Position numbers and translations under genes: made by a program. A model generated the notes under the pieces. The model was not told the DNA's origin, did no database searches, and was given only the letters and a program-made list of their open reading frames with translations. Positions 27,631 through 36,540 of a stretch of DNA of 63,116 bases are shown in pieces. This DNA is from Akkermansiaceae bacterium (GTDB lineage Bacteria; Verrucomicrobiota; Verrucomicrobiia; Verrucomicrobiales; Akkermansiaceae), in assembly GCA_049609505.1 (NCBI GenBank), contig JBMYYO010000001.1:1-63116 (forward strand). The letters run 5' to 3'. Position 1 is the first letter of the stretch. Every line of letters starts with the position of its first letter.

Positions 27631-29891
27631 GGTTTTTTTGCAAGGTGAGGGATGGTCTGAGTGCTTATACTAAGAATAAGGCGCTGGATGTGGAAGTTAT
27701 CTTTTTGAAACCTTTGGTGCAGATCATCCATTGTGGTGTAGCCGTATGCGGCGGTGGGCTGCTGAATCAGGTGGTGAAAGAGGTGCTTAATAAAGGAGCG
27801 GTGCGCACCGGGGCTTTCCACCGCAAGCCGTGCCAGATCCTGCGGTCCTTTGATGCGGATTTCTCGGTCATCGCGTGTGGTGTAGGTGCTTTCTGTGTTG
27901 ATGAGTTTGTTTTTTTCCTTAGTGCGGAATCGCCCGACAGCATCGTAGTTTTCCAAGCTAAAGCCAATGGGGTTGATGATCTCATGGCAGACCATGCACG
28001 AGTGTTCCTTGGTTAGCTGAGTGACTTTTTCCCTCATCGTGAAGTGTGGATTAAAGTCCGCATCCTTAAAGACGGTCGCTTTTGGGGGTGGCTTGAGGAA
28101 CCGGCCTAACACATTGCGGCTGAGGTAAACGCCACGGTGAATGGGAGAGGTTTGTTTGTGGTAGGAAAAGGCACTAAGCACATACGGGTGAGTGAAGATT
28201 CCAGCGCGTTTGCGGTCTGGCGCAGGGAGTTTTGCAAACTGATTACCCTCTGGCTCTGGCACCCCGTAAAAGGCAGCTAGACGCGAGTTCATAAACAAAT
28301 CTTTGCTGAGAAAAAGCTGCTTATAATTTGAGCTGCCGGACCATACCACACTTTCAAGAAACAGATCTAACGATGTTCGGAGATCAGCGATGAGGGCGGC
28401 ATTGAACCCGGGAAACGTCTTGAGGTCTTTTGCGAGGTCATCTTTCTCGCTGAGGTGAAGCCATTGGTAGAAAAAGCGGTGGGTTTTGTGTTTGGTTCTG
28501 GGGTCATTGAGCATGCGCTTAGCCTGTAGGCGAATCTGCCACGGCTGATTGAGCTCACCTTTGAGGGCGACTTTTGTTAATTGCTGGTCCGGTACGGAAT
28601 CCCATAGGGCAAGTGCTAGGTGGCTGGCATTAGAGAAATCGTCTGGTTTGTGCTGTGCGTTTAGGTTTAGCCCAGGGTATAGAAAATACGGAGAGGTCAA
28701 CGTGAGCATGATGCTGCGCTTGGCGGCGTGCTCCGGTGGGTGGTTTGCGAATAGCGATTGGATACGGTGGCTGTGGACTTTGCTGAGTGGGCGACCGTAG
28801 GCGCGCTGGGTAAACTGTAGGCAGAAGGCTTTGAGCCGCTGCGCGCGGTTGGTGGCATTGGGTTTGGTTTTTGCCAGCTTATCAATGTCTGTTAGGATGA
28901 GGGATGAGGCTTGCATGGCTGCGCGCGCGGCGGCTTCATTCCAGGCCTTGGAAATTGTCGAGCCGCGTTCGTAGCCGAGGGATGCATCATCGGCAGGGAA
29001 GGTGGTGGAGACGATGGTGACGGGTTTTACGTGGTCTGGAGAGAGGTAGCGTTGGGGGATTTTCTGCCAAGTGCCGTGAGGTGGTTTCCACTCGATGAGC
29101 ACCGAGGATTTTTTCTCCTGATAGGAGGTGAACTCAATGACGATGGGGATAGGGTAGCCGCCTAACAAAAACGCTTTCCCTTCGGTGGTACGCATTTTGT
29201 TTCCCGATGATACCCAGGCATCAATCAGTGCCTTGTTCTTCATGTTGTAAGTATTGAGGAACAACCTTGCGCCGTTAGGTGTGCTGATGCGGAATTGATA
29301 GGTGCCGGTCTCTGGAGGCAGTAGGGCGCCACGCCAATCAATAGAGAATGCTCTTGGATTGATTTTTTTCAGCTTAGGCTCTTCGCCGCGATGAGCTAGA
29401 TCGAAGGAGGCGGTGGTGTCAATCCGGTCCAGCAAGCGAGTCTTACGCTTGTTCATTTTCTCCGCATTGAAGTAGTGGCCATTGAGACCGCGGCGTGGAG
29501 AAAGCTTATGCTGACCTCGGAAAGAGCCAACAAGATCTGCGATGGCATTGCGGTGCTGATGCTGGGTGCGACGGAGTAAGTTTTTCCGCACAGGATTTAA
29601 TTTTGCTTGTGCGGCGGGGGAGTAAAATGCGTTGTAGATATAAACTGCCACTGCCTTGGCGTCGGCATTGATCACCTTTTCTTCCTCATCCTCTGGCATT
29701 GTCTTGTGGATGAGCCTCGTGAGTGATTCGATCGATCGCTTACCCACTAACGCCTCGTCGTATTCGGAAGCAACGCCCTCGCCCTGCTTCCCGTGGCAAG
29801 AGGCGCAGTGTTCTTTGTAGATCGCCTCGCCATCGGGTGCAGCGGAGGCTGTTCCGATCAACAAAGTAAGCATGACAAATCTGATGCGCAT
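27627..29891 (-). CDS. Cytochrome c + PA14 + DUF1595/DUF1592/DUF1588/DUF1585 protein
   Basis: CASCH at N-terminus, PA14-like FSIDWRG, RAYGRPL, SPYFLY, TSPIHRG, CMVCH, GFSLENYDAVGRFR; 4-bp overlap with DUF1552 gene. Confidence 0.9.
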   Translation of the reverse strand: MRIRFVMLTLLIGTASAAPDGEAIYKEHCASCHGKQGEGVASEYDEALVGKRSIESLTRLIHKTMPEDEEEKVINADAKAVAVYIYNAFYSPAAQAKLNPVRKNLLRRTQHQHRNAIADLVGSFRGQHKLSPRRGLNGHYFNAEKMNKRKTRLLDRIDTTASFDLAHRGEEPKLKKINPRAFSIDWRGALLPPETGTYQFRISTPNGARLFLNTYNMKNKALIDAWVSSGNKMRTTEGKAFLLGGYPIPIVIEFTSYQEKKSSVLIEWKPPHGTWQKIPQRYLSPDHVKPVTIVSTTFPADDASLGYERGSTISKAWNEAAARAAMQASSLILTDIDKLAKTKPNATNRAQRLKAFCLQFTQRAYGRPLSKVHSHRIQSLFANHPPEHAAKRSIMLTLTSPYFLYPGLNLNAQHKPDDFSNASHLALALWDSVPDQQLTKVALKGELNQPWQIRLQAKRMLNDPRTKHKTHRFFYQWLHLSEKDDLAKDLKTFPGFNAALIADLRTSLDLFLESVVWSGSSNYKQLFLSKDLFMNSRLAAFYGVPEPEGNQFAKLPAPDRKRAGIFTHPYVLSAFSYHKQTSPIHRGVYLSRNVLGRFLKPPPKATVFKDADFNPHFTMREKVTQLTKEHSCMVCHEIINPIGFSLENYDAVGRFRTKEKNKLINTESTYTTRDDREIRIKGPQDLARLAVESPGAHRSFIKHLFHHLIQQPTAAYGYTTMDDLHQRFQKDNFHIQRLILSISTQTIPHLAKKP

Positions 29892-30089
29892 ATCTAGCGG
29901 AATACGTGTTTGATGAATTGATCTTTCATTATGTGGCTCAGCATAGGTTGTAAAGGATCATGGTTTTTTCTAACGGATGAAATAATAGCAGAGAACACCC
30001 ATTGGTGTAACAAAATGAAGGTAGCCTTGAATCCAGTTGCCACATACGTGGTCATTCCGTAGTGTTCTCAGCACAGCCTATTGATTATT

Positions 30090-31568
30090 ATGAAACTTTC
30101 TACCTTTGCCTGCACATTTCTACTTCCCTTGGTCACCACCTATGCTGTGGCAAAGCCAAACATCCTTCTTATCGTTGCTGATGACATGGGCTATGGAGAT
30201 CTTTCCTGCTACGGCTCAAAGCAGATAAAAACCCCAAACCTTGATCAGCTGGCGGCGGGTGGGGTTCTCTGCTCAGATGGTTATGTTTCTAACAGCGTGT
30301 GTGCCCCATCGCGCGCGGGGCTTCTAACGGGACGGTATGGTTCTCGTTTTGGCTTTGAGCATAATTTGAGTAAGCCTGATTTCCTTAAACCCGAATTTGC
30401 AGGCATCCCGCTTGATGAGCCGCTGGTGAGCGACCGCATGAAGGGGCTAGGCTATCGTACAGGCATGGTGGGGAAATGGCACCTCGGCGAGAGTGTAGAA
30501 GGGCACCACCCGAATGCGCGCGGGTTTGATTTTTTCTTTGGAATGCTTGGTGGTGGTCACAGTTACTGGCCGAAGCCGGATAAGAATAAGCTGTTGTTTA
30601 ATCATGACAAAGCCACCGAGATCCGCACTCCTTATCTTACCGATTGGTTTACTCTGGAAGCGCTCGATTTTATCCACGCCAAAGGCAAAGCGATATCCGA
30701 GAATAAAGATGCACCATGGTTTCTCTACCTTTCCTATAACACGCCTCACTCGCCGATGCAGGCGAAGGAGGAAGACTTGAAAAAATACGCGCACATTCAC
30801 AATAAAACCCGCCGCATTTATTGCGCGATGCAGGACTGCATGGACCAGAACATCGGCAAGATCATTGCCAGCTTGAAGGAAAGCAAGCAGCTAGAAAACA
30901 CCCTCATCGTTTTCATCTCAGACAACGGCGGCTCTGTGGAAGTGAGCCACGCCGTTAACGCTCCTCTAACAGGAACAAAGGGCACTTACTATGAAGGTGG
31001 AATCCGCGTCCCCACCATCTTCCACTGGCCCGCGAAGCTGAAACCTTCTGTTTATAAGCAGCCCATTATCTCTCTCGATTTAATGGCGACTTTTGTCACC
31101 GCAGCGGGCGGCACTCCTCCAGAGGCGGGCAAGCGCGCACCGCGCAAAGGCCGGCCAGCGAAGAAGGCTCCCATCTATGATAGCATAAACCTCACACCCT
31201 ACCTCGCAGGGGAGAAAAATGAGCCGCCGCACGAGTTTCTCGCATGGCGCATGGCACTCAGGCAGTCTGCTATCCGCATGGGTGATTGGAAGCTTATCCA
31301 AGCCGCAAGTATGCCTACTCAGCTTTACAACCTCGCCGATGATGTTGGGGAAACCAACAACCTTGCCGCTAAGCACCCGGATGTTGTTAGAAAACTCATT
31401 GATGCAAAAACCGCCTGGGAGGTGAAGTTCGAGCGTAACCCGATGTTTATTTCTGGCTCCATGTGGACGGGTTACAACTCAAAGCTCTACCAGAAAAGCT
31501 ACTCACGCATCCAGCCTGAGCCGGACAGTGAGGAGAACATCTGGTCGTTTAAGCGCCCTGCCAAATAA
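30090..31568 (+). CDS. Sulfatase (S1)
   Basis: PNILLIVADDMG, CAPSRAGLLTG, GKWHLG, SDNGG, EGGIRVP. Confidence 0.95.
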   Translation: MKLSTFACTFLLPLVTTYAVAKPNILLIVADDMGYGDLSCYGSKQIKTPNLDQLAAGGVLCSDGYVSNSVCAPSRAGLLTGRYGSRFGFEHNLSKPDFLKPEFAGIPLDEPLVSDRMKGLGYRTGMVGKWHLGESVEGHHPNARGFDFFFGMLGGGHSYWPKPDKNKLLFNHDKATEIRTPYLTDWFTLEALDFIHAKGKAISENKDAPWFLYLSYNTPHSPMQAKEEDLKKYAHIHNKTRRIYCAMQDCMDQNIGKIIASLKESKQLENTLIVFISDNGGSVEVSHAVNAPLTGTKGTYYEGGIRVPTIFHWPAKLKPSVYKQPIISLDLMATFVTAAGGTPPEAGKRAPRKGRPAKKAPIYDSINLTPYLAGEKNEPPHEFLAWRMALRQSAIRMGDWKLIQAASMPTQLYNLADDVGETNNLAAKHPDVVRKLIDAKTAWEVKFERNPMFISGSMWTGYNSKLYQKSYSRIQPEPDSEENIWSFKRPAK

Positions 31569-31603
31569 TCTATCATAAATTACTGAGGGTAAATAGCGCG
31601 CCC

Positions 31604-33082
31604 CTATAGTTCATCAGGGTAGGGGATTGGTTTGTTAGATTCTTTGTCTTTGAGGCGTAGGGCTTTTGCCTCACGAAGGTGGTTGGAAAGAAGTTTGGCA
31701 AGGTGTTTTGTGATATCAGGAAAGTTCTTTGAAACATCATGCCGCTCACCAATGTCAGCTTTAAGGTTGAATAATACTAATTTGTTAGATGCGTGCCAGT
31801 GGATGAGTTTATAATCGCCTAGGCGCACGGAGCTGTAAGGGGGGCGATGGTAAAGGTTCGGATAATGCCAGAAGAGCGGACGTTTGGAGCGGTCTGTTTG
31901 TGGGTTTTTTAGTATCTCTACGAAGCTGATGCCGTCGATTTCTCGCTTGGTCTTGAGTCCTGCCATTTCGAGAAACGTTGGGTAGATATCCTCAATGATG
32001 ATCGGTGATGCTGTGCGTTGCTTGGCGGGTGTCACCTTTGGCCAATGCACAATCATCGGAACCCTCGTGCCGCCCTCGTAGCCACTGATTTTATCCCCCT
32101 TGAGGGGTTTGTTCTGTGGGTTTGCGCCGGGGGAACCGTTGTCGGACATAAAGATCACGATGGTATTATCTGCCACGCCAAGTCGATCGAAGGAGTCTAA
32201 CAAATCGCCGAGGGATCGATCCATGCTTTCTAACATGGATGCATAAACTTTCTTATGCTTGGACCACTTAGCGTCCTTGTAGTTCGGAAGGAATTGGCGA
32301 TCTGGTTCAAACGGGGCGTGCACTGCGTAGTGGGACATGTAGAGATAAAACGGTTTTTTATCGGCCACGGACTTCTCTACGGCAGCGATGGCTTCGAGAG
32401 TGATCGCCTCGGTGAGGTTAATTTTTTTACCGTGGTATTTTTCCAATCCAGGAATGTTCCAGATGGCATCGCCGCCACGCCACTTGGCAGAGAAATTTTT
32501 ATCACCATGGAATGAGCCTGGCCCCCCCATGTAAGAACCGGCAATATTGACATCGAAGCCGAGATTCTTGGGGTTGGCTCCAGGTGTATCCTTAGCACCC
32601 CAGTGCCCTTTGCCTGCGTGGATCGTGCGGTAGCCTGCCTCACGGAGGCGCTGCGGCAGAGTGATGGATGCATAGCTGGCTGGCACATTGCTATTGGCTG
32701 GTTGTAAGCCGTTGAGCGGCCAGTTTGCGGAGGCGAGTTTTTTGTTTTGGCGCTCTGGGCTGATATTTTTTCGCAACGTCCAGCAAGTGACACCATGGCG
32801 CGCGGCGTTTTGCCCCGTCATGAGGCTCACTCGTGATGGAGAGCAGATGGCGCAGGCGTAGGCATTGGTAAATATAAGACCGCGCGCGGCTAGCTTCTCC
32901 ATATTCGGCGTCCGGTAATCACGGTTGAGAGAAGTTTTTTCTGTATGGAATGGCACTGAGGTGTCCTGCCAACCCATGTCATCAACAAAAAAGAATAGGA
33001 TGTTTGGTTTCTCCGCAGAAGCAGCCACAGCCGATGCGTAGATGGTTAAGCCCGCTGCGATCCAGTTTTTTAAATTCCTCAT
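31604..33082 (-). CDS. Sulfatase (S1)
   Basis: PNILFFFVDDMG, CSPSRVSLMTG, GKGHWG, HYAVH, SDNG, EGGTRVP; start at ATG 33082. Confidence 0.95.
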   Translation of the reverse strand: MRNLKNWIAAGLTIYASAVAASAEKPNILFFFVDDMGWQDTSVPFHTEKTSLNRDYRTPNMEKLAARGLIFTNAYACAICSPSRVSLMTGQNAARHGVTCWTLRKNISPERQNKKLASANWPLNGLQPANSNVPASYASITLPQRLREAGYRTIHAGKGHWGAKDTPGANPKNLGFDVNIAGSYMGGPGSFHGDKNFSAKWRGGDAIWNIPGLEKYHGKKINLTEAITLEAIAAVEKSVADKKPFYLYMSHYAVHAPFEPDRQFLPNYKDAKWSKHKKVYASMLESMDRSLGDLLDSFDRLGVADNTIVIFMSDNGSPGANPQNKPLKGDKISGYEGGTRVPMIVHWPKVTPAKQRTASPIIIEDIYPTFLEMAGLKTKREIDGISFVEILKNPQTDRSKRPLFWHYPNLYHRPPYSSVRLGDYKLIHWHASNKLVLFNLKADIGERHDVSKNFPDITKHLAKLLSNHLREAKALRLKDKESNKPIPYPDEL

Positions 33083-33184
33083 AGAGCCAGATACTTGCCA
33101 ATCTTGATTAACTTTCAAGGATTGATGTTCTGATCGGAGGTTTGGCGGTGCTTATGTGATGTTAGAGATAGATGAGACAGCTGT

Positions 33185-33913
33185 TTACTTCACCACTGGG
33201 GCTGTTTGCTCGGGAGTGATGACTCCGCCGGGTAGCTCCATGATTTTGATATTGCGGAAGTGAATCTCAGCACCTTCGGATTCTAGGCAGATGTAACCCT
33301 TCTTCTGAGTGGCGCCGCTGATGCCGTTGACAAACTTGCCGTTGACCGAGAGTTTGATAATGCCATCGATGCAGACGACGTCATAGGTATTCCATTGGCC
33401 GTGGGGTTTGCAGCGTTTCTCGATGGAGCTGCTGCGGTTGCCACGCGGGTTGTCTGGGGTGGTTTTCAGGCCAAAGATGCCCCACATCTCGCCGTGGACG
33501 TAGTCGTCTGTCCGTGGCTTTCCGTCTTTCCCCGGATTGAGTTTTGGCCAGCTTAGCTCTAACATCTGGACTTCCACGGCTTTGGGAAACGGCTTGCCTT
33601 TTGCCACTGTGCCATCGGCCCATACGAAGGTGCCGGAGTTCCCGCCGGGCTCCATGTGTTTCCACTCGATGTGGAGGATGAAGTTTTCATACTGTTTGTT
33701 AGAGCGCATCACACCGATTTTTTTTCCATGGCAAATGATCACGCCGTCTTTGACACTCCAAGTCTCCGGAGAGGTGTTCACATCGGTCCAACCAGTGAGG
33801 TCTTTGCCGTTGAAGAGAGGTTTCCATTGGGGGAATGGGTTTTGAGCAAAGGCTGATGTTGCGGTTGTGGCGGCTGCAGAGGCGATAAGAAGAGAGGTGA
33901 GATATTTAATCAT
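33185..33913 (-). CDS. DUF1080 (3-keto-disaccharide hydrolase family) protein
   Basis: [40 protein letters not shown]; start at ATG 33913. Confidence 0.92.
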   Translation of the reverse strand: MIKYLTSLLIASAAATTATSAFAQNPFPQWKPLFNGKDLTGWTDVNTSPETWSVKDGVIICHGKKIGVMRSNKQYENFILHIEWKHMEPGGNSGTFVWADGTVAKGKPFPKAVEVQMLELSWPKLNPGKDGKPRTDDYVHGEMWGIFGLKTTPDNPRGNRSSSIEKRCKPHGQWNTYDVVCIDGIIKLSVNGKFVNGISGATQKKGYICLESEGAEIHFRNIKIMELPGGVITPEQTAPVVK

Positions 33914-33976
33914 GGTAGAATTATGGTTTAGGGCTTCGGAAGGCAATTAACCAGCAAATGATTGCTTTTGCCGATT

Positions 33977-34010
33977 AAAAAACCCCCACTAGCGAAAAGC
34001 GAGTGAGGGT
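33977..34010 (-). terminator. Intrinsic terminator after PEP-CTERM gene
   Basis: Minus strand ACCCTCACTcGC-TTTTC-GCtAGTGGGGGT followed by T tract. Confidence 0.65.
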
Positions 34011-34043
34011 CTGTTGAAAAATTGAATTTAGATCGTTACGCAT

Positions 34044-34700
34044 TTACTTGCGGCGGCGCAAGATGATAGCAAGGCCCGCTAGGCCAAGAAGAGCACTTGA
34101 GCTTGGCTCAGGGACAGGAGTTCCTTCGATGGCAAGCTCAGTGAGACCATATTTATCATTGGAGTCATGGGTGTCACCATCGAATGCAAGTTTGATATAA
34201 CGAACACCGCTATCGGTTCTAGTGATTGATTGCAGTATGGCTCCATTGGATGAGGTATCCATGATGTGCAGAGCACTGCCTGCATAGGTGATGTCATCGG
34301 CACTTGTAGTGATGGTGACATCATCAGGGTGACCTAAGGCAAAAGCCGTAAAGGCATAAGTGGTAAGTTCTACAGACGTAAGATTATAAAGAGCACCTAG
34401 ATCTACAGTAATGGTTGCTGGTGTTCCTGGAGCGGGGTTCCAAGCGACCATGCTACTTGTCGCTGGAGAGTCAACAGGGTTAGAGCCTGCGTAAACAATA
34501 CCATCGTTGAGATCTCCTGTAGCATCATAAGTGTTTGCTGGGCCGGAGTGAAGATCGTCTGCATAAATCGCACCGCTACCACTGAAGCGGGGCATAAGAT
34601 CATAGCTATACGAATAGCTGATAGCAGCTGAGGCATGGCACGTAAGCAGCAGTATTGTAGCGAGAGTTGTGATAGGTTTCATATTTGTGATAGGTTTCAT
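34044..34700 (-). CDS. PEP-CTERM protein with discoidin-like domain
   Basis: LNDG...ITVDLG...VRYIKL; VPEPSSSALLGLAGLAIILRRRK. Confidence 0.9.
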   Translation of the reverse strand: MKPITNMKPITTLATILLLTCHASAAISYSYSYDLMPRFSGSGAIYADDLHSGPANTYDATGDLNDGIVYAGSNPVDSPATSSMVAWNPAPGTPATITVDLGALYNLTSVELTTYAFTAFALGHPDDVTITTSADDITYAGSALHIMDTSSNGAILQSITRTDSGVRYIKLAFDGDTHDSNDKYGLTELAIEGTPVPEPSSSALLGLAGLAIILRRRK

Positions 34701-34702
34701 AT
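34667..34702. repeat. Exact 18-bp tandem duplication spanning the start codon
   Basis: TTGTGATAGGTTTCATAT x2, giving MKPITN-MKPITT. Confidence 0.9.
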
Positions 34703-34791
34703 ATAACTAGGTTAGTAGCGAGTAACTAGTATCTACTCAGGAATAAAACTGTAAAGGTAAAATTTCTTACTACAGACTATTCGTGCACTCA

Positions 34792-36522
34792 TTACCCTTT
34801 CACCCCAGAGCTGCTCATTCCTTGGATGAAGTAGCGCTGGAAGAAAAAGAAGATCACGATCACAGGCAGGGTCATGAGTAAATTTCCGGCGAGGATGAGC
34901 GACATGTCATGGCTAGTGGTATCATCAGCACCCATGGCGTAGATGCCCACCGAAAGGGGGAAGCGTCCCATGTCGCGTAGGTAAATCAGCGGCTGCATGA
35001 ATTCATTCCACGATGCCATAAAGGACATGATGGCGATGGCTGCCATGGCGGGCTTCACGAGAGGCACGATGACATACCACCAGATTTGCAGTCGGTTCAT
35101 ACCATCAATCTGCGCCGCTTCCTCGAGGTCGCGCGGGATGGTTTTCATCTGCTGCACCATCAGGAAAATAAAGAACGCTACGCCAAACCAAGTAGGCACC
35201 CAGATTGGGTTGAGCGTATTGTACCAGCCGAGCTCTCGCCAGATGAGGAACTGCGGAATCATGGTCACCTGCGGTGGTAGCATCATGGTGGAGAGCAGAA
35301 TGAGAAAAGCAAGCGATCTCCCTGGCCAGCGTAGTCTTGCAAAGGCGTAAGCAATAAAACTTGAGCTTAACACCGCACCAAAAATCGAGAGCACCGTCAC
35401 CAGAATACTATTGATCACATACTTCCAGAATGGCATCGAGAGGAACACACGCTCGTAGTTTCTCTTCACCTTACCATAGCGGGCACCAGTGGTTGAGCTA
35501 GGGTCCAGAGTGAGCGTGAGGGTGCAGTCGCTTGTTTTTTTGTTAGGTGTAAAACTCCCAGAGGTCTTCTTCATCGGAATCCATGGTCGTTTCCCCCATT
35601 CCTCCTCATCATTACCGCTGACTTGAAGTGTGAGTGCGGATGGTTGATTCTGCGCTAGCCATGTTGCGCGTGTGCCCTCGTAAGTGGCGCCATCGATTTC
35701 TAACTGCACGTGAATCTGATGCCAGCTGCCATCGAGGTCCATCGGGATGATCACTCGGAAAATTTCATCCGCTGGGCGTTGCACGGTGAACTTGTGCTGG
35801 AGCACCACTGGCTCATCTGATGAGGAGCCGAAGTAGCTGCGTAGCACCAGTTTACCATCGGCATCATACTCAAGCCCGCCATGGGTGGCATTAGTGAGAG
35901 ACATGCCATCGGGTAGGCTGCTTGATGGTTGTTTGTTAGAAAACTTCTGTTCGAACACCGTGCCCACGCCGCGTGAGCGCACCTTGACGCTGTGTAGGAC
36001 GAGCCTGGCGTGGATTTTATTGTATGCTTTATCCAGCTCCACGCGCACACCGCCACCGGCATTGAGTGCGGTGATAAATGCCGCCATGATTGCGTCCTCT
36101 TTTTCAGCCCACACCTGCTGGGACATTTTCTCCATGCCGCGCTTCACGAGGAACTGCGTGACCTCATCGATCAATTTTTGGTTTTCATCAGCATCAGGAA
36201 GCAGCCTGGGGCGGAGTTCATCCTGGGCGACGATCTGCTTGGCGTGTTGGCTGAATTTTTTGAGTAAACTCGACCATTGCTCGTCGGTTAGATCGTCAGG
36301 TTTGGTGGGTTTTTCTGCAGTGATGATGTAGGGGCTATGCGGTTGGAATTCTGGCATGGATGGCCAGAACTCTCCTTTGTTTACCTCCTCGTCCGTTTTA
36401 ACACTGGAGAGAATCATCCAGAGAAACGGAAACAGAAAAATTGCCGAACAGCTCAAGAGAATAAGCCACAGGAAACCCTTCCCCGAGAGGAATTGCCAGA
36501 ATTTCTGTGCGCGTGATTTCAT
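34792..36522 (-). CDS. Carbohydrate ABC permease (MalG-type) with large extracytoplasmic insertion
   Basis: FLFPFLWMILSSVKT, about 300-aa insert, then NS...AYAFARL, IPRDLEEAAQIDG EAA motif, FQRYFIQG. Confidence 0.92.
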   Translation of the reverse strand: MKSRAQKFWQFLSGKGFLWLILLSCSAIFLFPFLWMILSSVKTDEEVNKGEFWPSMPEFQPHSPYIITAEKPTKPDDLTDEQWSSLLKKFSQHAKQIVAQDELRPRLLPDADENQKLIDEVTQFLVKRGMEKMSQQVWAEKEDAIMAAFITALNAGGGVRVELDKAYNKIHARLVLHSVKVRSRGVGTVFEQKFSNKQPSSSLPDGMSLTNATHGGLEYDADGKLVLRSYFGSSSDEPVVLQHKFTVQRPADEIFRVIIPMDLDGSWHQIHVQLEIDGATYEGTRATWLAQNQPSALTLQVSGNDEEEWGKRPWIPMKKTSGSFTPNKKTSDCTLTLTLDPSSTTGARYGKVKRNYERVFLSMPFWKYVINSILVTVLSIFGAVLSSSFIAYAFARLRWPGRSLAFLILLSTMMLPPQVTMIPQFLIWRELGWYNTLNPIWVPTWFGVAFFIFLMVQQMKTIPRDLEEAAQIDGMNRLQIWWYVIVPLVKPAMAAIAIMSFMASWNEFMQPLIYLRDMGRFPLSVGIYAMGADDTTSHDMSLILAGNLLMTLPVIVIFFFFQRYFIQGMSSSGVKG

Positions 36523-36540
36523 GTTGTTAGATGGGCTGTG

